From: Phoronis australis
Lineage: Eukaryota; Animalia; Phoronida
NCBI GenBank assembly: GCA_002633005.1
Contig: NMRA01000021.1
Span: 165,000 to 228,999 of the forward strand
Reading direction: 5' to 3'
DNA length: 64,000 nt
The notes under the pieces are model-generated. The model saw nothing but the letters and a program-made list of their open reading frames with translations, was not told the DNA's origin and ran no database searches. Position 1 is the stretch's first letter, and each line of letters begins with the position of its first letter. The translations under genes and the position numbers were made by a program. Below are positions 51,601 to 60,600 of the stretch, one piece after another.

Positions 51601-54600
51601 TCGAAATTGGTGCATTTCCGCGATTGTCAGTTTTCCGGTTAGTGTACTATTCCTCAAGTAAAGTAGTTCAGCATGCATTGGGCCATAAGCGATGTTTTAA
51701 AAATTATCGATATCTAATTTAGTCACTGTGTGTTGTTTATAGATGTTTCAATGTAGCTTAGTTGTATATTAAAGGAGAATGCCACCCGATTTAATTGTTC
51801 TTTTTTGCCGTCTTAATCAGTCTATATCCACATTTATTGCCTCAGTCTTATGCGGTCGACCTCACCTTGCTGAGAGGTGTCACATTAACTTGTGATGAAT
51901 GTGAAAAACGACGCAGCGGCGTCAGTGCTCGAAGAGGAATCTGCAATGGGTCCTGCTGTGGAGTGTTGTTTGGATAGGGTTTGAACACCACTTTATACTT
52001 TAAGCCAGGTGGAAATAGGTCGAACACACTGTATGTGTAATCCATATGATTTCTAAGTAGTTTTGAGATGATTTCACTGTGTAGTAGATTCTGTGTCCCA
52101 TCATCAGTTAGTATCTGGACCTCATATTGTCTGTCTTTAGACCATCTTAAGTAAATCTCTGCCCTTTCCACAAAATAGCTCATCCCTTTTACTTTCATTT
52201 TCACCTATTTGCAATTTGTTCTTCATTTTTCGAAGAAATCTTGATTCTGTCAAGCATTGATGGTTCAGAACAAAAGTGTGTTATGATAAGGTGAGGTTGT
52301 GGTATTGTTCGAAGTGAGGAGGCAGTGTGGTTGGTTGATAAGTACCCACTTTGTTTACTCGAGGTCGTGGGTTCAAGTCCCACCATGTCACATTGCTAAA
52401 CCCTTGAGCCAGGTTTCTAGCTCCTCAGCTCGGTTTTAACCATATATTAATAAAGCATAAAAATATTTCCAGGTGATCAGTGCAATGGGCCCATATGCGA
52501 GGCCTGCGCAAGTCTGGTATAACGTGTGTCAGAATCAGACTGCCTGCAATTAATTTTTTTATATTGTTCGAAGTACCTCTAAGGCTATTTGAATTTTGAA
52601 GAAAACCATGATTGAACTTGACCCAATACAGATTCAGTAATAACTTTTCAAACATATGCAGGGCACTTATCTCACATTTTCTTTTTTCTTGTCACGCGGC
52701 GCACCCCCAAACTGCCAAATGGAATCTGGGAGAGTTTTAGGGGGGCCATGGCCCCCTTGGCCCCTCTCTAAATCCGCCAGTGATTTGCTGTCACTGACAT
52801 TGGCACTGGTCTGGTGTGTTCCATCTGGCTATCACTAACAGTCTGACTCTGTGAGGTATAACTAGTGAACCTGCACTGAAATTATTACAACATGTTGATA
52901 GCGTCAATCTCAAAACCAGGGAACATTATATCCGACTTGTTTCCAAAGTAGTAAGGTGTGATATAACTGAACTCTGAAGTCGAAGTCCAAGTGCCCACAA
53001 TCACACAGTGATATGTCGAAAATCACCAATTAACCTTCAATTCAGACCCTTTTTAACTCGCTCTTTATGCAAATACATTCGCAGAGGCGTACGTGACTGG
53101 CCCTGGTTAGATTCCCGGTTCGGAGATTAATCTTAGTCGGTATTTACAACAGTATTTCAGTAACATTTACATTGATTAAGAAACGCGATAGGCCTACTGC
53201 CTAACACAGAAATCGCGCGAGCCAGCACGTTTATTAAAATGCCATCTACCGAGCAAAAGGATAGAAGTGAAGTACTTTCGCGCAGGCAAATGTACTCCAT
53301 ATGAGTAAGATAATACACGCAGTGTTGGCTTACGTAGTAAATGTGGTATTATTAGTGTTTTGCAGACGATAAAATGTGAGGTGTATGGATTTCTACTTTG
53401 CACTACTTTGTGGTTCGCCCATGTAATATCAAAAAATTATGTACTCGGTGTAATTAATCAGTCGTGTCGTAACACATTCCAGGTTATGTGGGAAAATGTC
53501 TATTTGAACAATGCAGACTGGATATCTCTCGCAACAACGGCAACTACACTACTAGTACCCAAAATTGATTCAGTTTCCATATTTAAATTCGTGCCTTATT
53601 GTTTTAAAAATCAATTCAGTAAAGCAAGTTATCATGGGTGCTCTCGAGTTCGAACAGTGGACGCTTAGTTGAAAATTCTTGAAAGTAGAGCGGAGTGGGC
53701 ACTTGACCAAGCATTAGGGGCTTAATCCTACAAATTTCAGACGTAGGGGATGTTTGCCTAGTATATAATAAGCGTGGACACTAACCATAATATTTGCGGT
53801 ACATCAAACTGTTTTGACATCGTCGTCCTAATGCTACGAAAGTTTTACTATTGCATTTCTGACAACAATGGAACATTAGGAGTGTGTCAGTCACCCTATA
53901 ATTTTTTTAAAATAATGTCAATCTTAGAATGCATTTTCCACAAAAGAGGAGACAAGATGTAACTATTGACCCATATTGGTGTTAATCTTAAATTGCTCCC
54001 CGAAAGATGGCATACTCATTCCAGCCAATGTTTGACTGCTGTTATATTTGCAAGATATTCAGTAGCAATAAGACTTGAGTTTATCCCCCATTGTGAAGTG
54101 AGAGAAGTATTCCAATGTTGCACTGACCTGCTCGAAGAGGAATCTGCAATGGGTCCAGCTGTGGAGTGTTGTTTGGATAGGGTTTGAACACCACTTTATA
54201 CTTTAAGCCAGGTGGAAATAGGTCGAACACACTGTATGTGTAATCCATATGATTTCTATGTAGTTTTGAGATGATTTCACTGTGTAGTAGATTCTGTGTC
54301 CCATCATCAGTTAGTATCTGAACCTCATATTTTCTGTCTTTAGACCATCTTAAGTAAATCTCTGCCCTTTCCACAGAATAGCTCACCCCTGTTACTTCCA
54401 TTTTCAACTATTTGCAATTTGTTCTTCATTTTTCGAAGAAATCTTGATTATGTCAGGCATTGATGTTTCAGAACAAAAGTGTGTTATGATAAGGTGAGGT
54501 TGTATTGTTCAAAGTATCTCTAAGGCTATTGTGCTTTTGAATAAAGCCATCATTGAACTTGACCCAATACAGATTCAGTCATAACTTCTCAAGCACATAC

Positions 54601-57600
54601 AGGGCACTTATCTGACATTTTCTTTTTTTCTTGTTGCTTTATTTGTTTTCTTGCTTTTGCTTTTGGTTTAATTTCTAATTGAGATTGTTCTTACCATTTC
54701 GTAACATTAAATATATTATTTTACTTAGTAAGTAATGAGATAATTTATATTATGTAGTATGATTAATTGTGGCAGTAAAATAGACACTGTCCAAACTTTC
54801 CAGACCTCACTACCCTTTATCAAGTGGATGACGTGTAGAAATGCACTCATAGTATTTGAATATGGGGCACCTTACGAGATCAAAAGTACATAAAGTGTAA
54901 GAAAAAAACAAGTGCCTGGTGATGATGAGAGATACGTCATCTGGATTAAACAATGTTGTTAGTGGAATTCTGATGGTTAACTTTATTCACAAAAGGCAAA
55001 CCTGGTAGTTGGAAGGACTGGTAAGAATAGAAACTAGCTCTTACTTAAACAAGAGGTTCCATAATGCAAGTTAGTGTCCATCGGGGGGTTTTTATGAACA
55101 ATGTGTTGTTTTTTGGTGTGTGTCTTGGGTTAAGTTTCCTATACATGACAGCGTTTTCCCGTTCAGTGACTTTACCAGACACAGGGGGTTCTGAGCCTGT
55201 GATAACATCTAGCTTCTTTGTTAACTGCCAAGCACACTCTTTTGTCTGTTATGACAACAAGCAGGCCACTTATCTACCAGGCTTATTACAGACCACGTGT
55301 GAACAAAGTCAAACTCAGAGTGAATTGGTGTATTCGGAAAGAATAGATTGTTGTAACTTCGGTTGCAGTTGGGCGATTTTTGCGATTCAAAAACTAAACA
55401 TGATCACCATTTGACGAAGATTTCAGAAATGCTATTGGTTTATGTTCAAATACGTTATAACTCAACTTTTATTTTTAACAGCACAGCCCAGTCAGGGTAG
55501 ATACGATCAATTATCGAACAAAAGAGAGCTGGCCCTCCAACCATAAATGCCAGAATGGAGTTAATCAGTCGTGTAAGACATTGGCTACAGGGGTAAACCT
55601 CCCAACTTGTTGTTGGGCTATAGAATCAAACAAGTTGGGAGCAACGGGAAAACGCCGTTATGATTCGCACAAAGATGATTGCCAAAATCTTTATTTTCCA
55701 ATTTTCAAAACCTAACCCTAGTGTTAGAAATGTTTCACTTTCCTTGCATGTTTGTTGATGACAGTTTTCAATTTTTTTGTTCTTGTTTATTTTTCTTGAA
55801 AATTTTGATAAAAATGACAATTCTCTTTTCTGCCATATTGTATTCTAATTTGAAGAAACTCTACCATAAACTTTATTTCAGTTTCATTTCAAGTGTTGCC
55901 GTTTTGGTGGTACTAAAGGTGATTTTTAGGGCCAAGTGATCACAAGTAATAGCGGTACAATTTTTCGTCTTAACAGTAGAATTACATGTACTTGTTATTT
56001 GATATGTGTAACCCTAGAGCATGCTCAGTGTTTTGTGTTTGGCGGCCAGCGAAGGTGAATGACTGGCTACCAGGCAATGTTGGCTTATTGTGGATGAAAT
56101 GGTACTTTAGAACACAAAACCCGTGCTAGTCCAGCAAACTTTAGGAGAAATCTTGGAAAAAAATTCTACAAAGAATTACTTGTGCNNNNNNNNNNNNNNN
56201 NNNNNNNNNNNNNNNNNNNNNNNNNNNNNNNNNNNNNNNNNNNNNNNNNNNNNNNNNNNNNNNNNNNNNNNNNNNNNNNNNNNNNNNNNNNNNNNNNNNN
56301 NNNNNNNNNNNNNNNNNNNNNNNNNNNNNNNNNNNNNNNNNNNNNNNNNNNNNNNNNNNNNNNNNNNNNNNNNNNNNNNNNNNNNNNNNNNNNNNNNNNN
56401 NNNNNNNNNNNNNNNNNNNNNNNNNNNNNGCTCTTCTTGTGACTCTTCGCAGCATGGCCATAAATAATACCGGCTTCGAGCAGTCGGCTGCCATCATTGA
56501 ACCAGTTGGGATGCAGTCTGCTCGAGGTTTTGTTTGCGGGCCAGCAGCTTAACATCAGCCGAATATAAGTAGAGGGGTTGGTTGGTGGTGCATGAGCCAG
56601 CGAGGTAATCTGCACGCTCATTAATCAAGACACCTGCGTGGCCAGGTACGAAAGACCAGATCACTACATGATGAGGGTGGCGTGATCGGAAGACACCCCA
56701 GTTGGCTGGGAGGTTTCCAGATTTAACTTTCATCAACACTGCCATGGAATCGGTGGCAAAGATAATGGTGTGATTCTCCAGGTCTAAGAGTGACAGCTTG
56801 GTTAGGGCACGTTGTATAGCCTCAAACTCCATCCGCATACTGCAGTTCAGCATGAGTGATATTATTGAGCATAAGCTGTGACACCCAAATGTGCTTTGCC
56901 AAAAGTACTCAAAATGTTGAGTAATTATCAGTTTCCTAGGTGTACTAGGGGGGAGAATGTGACCACCTATAATTCATGAATAAACACTTGATCAGATTTG
57001 GGGAAATTACTTGAAATTCCAAGACTGCTAACTTGCATTCTCCACGATACATTGAGGTTATTTTGAGAGATGTCAAAGGAGTAAATAAAATTGACCACAT
57101 TATTGTGTCTCAAAAAAAACAAAGTGTCAAATGAAGTGGAGTGAAAAATTGAATCTCCCGGATACTACAGAATGGTGGTAAAATATTTTTTTCTTTTATC
57201 TATTCATTTACTGAAGATTTTTCTCTGGACTAATGTAAATAACTGGCTGGAAGATGCTGTTGGACATAGTTTAGTAATGTCTATACAATAAGTTCTGTTT
57301 GGTATTCAGGTGGAAGCAGTTTTACAGAGTATGGTTTTTTGTCTTGGCAAGTACCACATTTATAAACAAAGGTTAAAGTGCAAAAATCCCTGCCTTGCAC
57401 TGTTTAAAAAGGAAGTTGCATTGTACATTTCCATATACATAAACAATAGGAAGTACGTAGAATTTATAGATCGCTGGCATTAGGTCTTGACCTTTTTTGT
57501 TTATTATGAATGAATCACAGCCTCTACTTGTNTGCCTGTAAGCATTTGATTTGACAGCACTCGGGCACAGCTCTTCTCGCAGCATGGCCATAAATAATAC

Positions 57601-60600
57601 CGGCTTCGAGCAGTCGGCTGCCATCATTGAACCAGTTGGGATGCAGTCTGCTCGAGGTTTTGTTTGCGGGCCAGCAGCTTAACATCAGCCGAATATAAGT
57701 AGAGGGGTTGGTTGGTGGTGCATGAGCCAGCGAGGTAATCTGCATGCTCATTAATCAAGACACCTGCGTGGCCAGGTACGAAAGAACAGATCACTACATG
57801 ATGAGGGTGGCGTGATCGGAAGACACCTCAGTTGGCTGGGAGGTTTCCAGATTGAACTTTCATCAACACTGCCATGGAATCGGTGGCAAAGATAATGGTG
57901 TGATTCTCCAGGTCTAGGAGTGACAGCTTGGTTAGGGCACGTTGTATAGCCTCAAACTCCATCCGCATACTGCAGTTCAGCATGAGTGATATTATTGAGC
58001 ATAAGCTGTGACACCCAAATGTGCTTTGTCAAAAGTACTCAAAATGTTGAGTAATTATCAGTTTCCTAGGTGTACTGGGGGGAGAATGTGACCACCAATA
58101 ATTCATGAATAAACACTTGATCAGATTTGGGGAAATTACTTGAAATTCCAAGACTGCTAACTTGCATTCTCCACGATACATTGAGGTTATTTTGAGAGAT
58201 GTCAAAGGAGTAAATAAAATTGACCACATTATTGTATCTCAAAAAAAACAAAGTGTCAAATGAAGTGAAGTGAAAAATTAAATCTCCCGGATACTACAGA
58301 ATGGTGGTAAAATATTTTTTTCTTTTATCCATTTACTGAAGATTTTTCTCTGGACTAATGTAAATAACTGGCTGGAAGATGCTGTTGGACATAGTTTAGT
58401 AATGTCTATACAATAAGTTCGGTTTGGTATTCAGGTGGAAGCAGTTTTACAGAGTATGGTTTTTTGTCTTGGCAAGTACCACATTTATAAACAAAGGTTA
58501 AAGTGCAAAAATCCCTGCCTTGCACTGTTTAAAAAGGAAGTTGCATTGTACATTTTCATATACATAAACAATAGGAAGTACGTAGAATTTATAGATCGCT
58601 GGCATTAGGTCTTGACCTTTTTTGTTTATTATGAATGAATCACAGCCTCTACTTGTATTTTTAATGTTAAATTACCTTTGTATAATTATGTCAGCAATGT
58701 AAGTTGACCTTAAATGACCCTTGACTAAACAAAAAAGTTATTGTATTGTGTGATCTGTATCGTACCTATTATATTGACTAAAAAATAAAAAACTTGCATT
58801 CTTGAAAGAGTAGTCCATATATAGTACAATTCTCAATTTAGTACTTAAAATTGTGATCAGTATAGTTTGATTTACAAAGTAGATAATCTGCACTTTACAT
58901 TTGAACGACTATTATCTTTTGTACACGTCTTTTTTTTGGCAAAGTTCAAGTTCGTTGACTAGACTAGTGGGCTTAAAATTTATTTTTCTTCCTTTATCGA
59001 TCCAAAGACCTCATAAAAACTAGTCTAAGAGAGTAGTTCTCAAGTTTTGAGTATGTCTTGTAGGGACTAAAATGAAATTTGATGGTCGCCATTTCTCGAA
59101 GACTACTCCAGTGAGTACATGTTAGAGAAAAAGTCTACAAGTAAATTAAGGGTCTGAGTATACTTTGGTGGTCACTGGCCCTGGTGTCTTTGTTTGTATT
59201 CAAGGCTCATCCATCATTTCTCAGTTTCCATGAGACTTCTTTCTCCGGTTTTGTAATGCTTTGCATGATGCCTAATCAACAATTCCTATATACATGTTGC
59301 AGGCCCACTCAAGTCTCATTAACATACCATTTTTCTATTCCTGTTCCAGGAGGAGTTCCTGACTTCAGCCTTGCCCCTTGTCCTGCCCTGGTGCACTGCT
59401 CATCACTTCAACACGCGTACATTCTCTCAACTGGCCCTCTACAGGCTCTGGCAAGTTGCCAAGGACAATGGCATATCATCTCCGCAGGTGTCTTTGGTAG
59501 AGGGATGCATTGAGTACCTGACCACAGGGTGAGCCTTGTTTGTGTGTATAGTAAAAGTCCTTGAAATTTGAACTTACCGTAAACGTGCGGGTTAACGCCC
59601 ATGCTCTGTTTACCGCCCACCCCCTACTTAAGGTGGATTTTCGAACTGGCGTTAGCAGATTTAACTAATGTCGCTGGCTGTTATTTACTACGATTTCTTG
59701 CGTCAGCCCCCCGTTGGTTCCCGGCTTGCTGCTGGCGCGGCGGTGCTGGCTGGGCTAAGCACGCAGGGAACCAGCGAGGCGTCAACCGCCACCTGACTGT
59801 GTGAATTATCGCTTCCATTTTCCCTTTTTAGCCATCCAGAATAATTTTGTCTCTACATTGGCCAGTTTATCCTGAACAAAATTCTTACCATTCAAGCCTG
59901 AAATATCTACGACGGACGCAGACTGACTGAAAACACGCATCTAGCTACAGGCATGGCACACTTGGGAACATCGAGACAGAAAATATCAAAGTAGACTTGA
60001 CATCGCAGTTTTGGTTGACATTGGAACAGTGGAATACTGTAAAGTACTGGGTCTTTGCTAACAACAGCTTGAAAGTATAGCATCACGCCGGTTTCTTTAG
60101 GAGTGTCGCTGTTCTCTTTTGAGGTGTGACTTTGTTGTGGTGCAGGCGCGTAAGTTTCCACACTGAGCGCATGTTACCTTGACAACAACATGTGATTGAC
60201 AGGTTACTCATACATAGGCCCTCTACGTGCGTGCTGAATCCCGCCGCTCTCTTTGGCCATAAAAAACAAGACACATATTAAAAGAAGCTGTTATATTATT
60301 TACTTGTCGGCCTTTCCAAGTCAAGATTGCCTGCTGGGACATTACGCGCAAACAGCGGGACTGATCACTGCCGCAGTGCGATAGTGTAGGTGATATTATA
60401 ATAAGATATAATCTGGACATCTCCCCCCCCCCACCGATTCTTGTCTTACTTCTTTCGTGCTATGGGAAGTGTGAAAATGTTATTGAGTCATGGAGTGTCG
60501 ACTATAAACATCCCTAACACAAAAAAAACACCTGAAATCAAACTGCTCTCTGACTCGGAACTTGACAGCTAGCACGGGACTGTAACATTGACGTTAGCTG

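Larger units (their letters stand above)
56446..58656. repeat. ~1.1-kb tandem duplication (offset ~1130 bp), possibly a haplotype/assembly artefact
   Basis: 56446-57531 is near-identical to 57576-58656. The first copy follows an N-gap and the junction contains a single N (57532). Confidence 0.85.

Noticed and set aside
52316-52390. tRNA gene
   Set aside because: A B box is present, but I cannot form a full cloverleaf. It continues into a non-tRNA body, has a TSD and has a second dispersed copy, so it is a SINE.
54919-54973. C/D box snoRNA (GTGATGA...CTGA)
   Set aside because: Only ~55 nt, with no convincing terminal stem or recognisable rRNA guide.
46769-56853. The two RNase H halves as one split retroelement
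   Set aside because: They are in the wrong order on the minus strand, and their overlapping E-helix sequences differ (RAECEAYEDTL vs RMEFEAIQRAL), so they derive from different elements.
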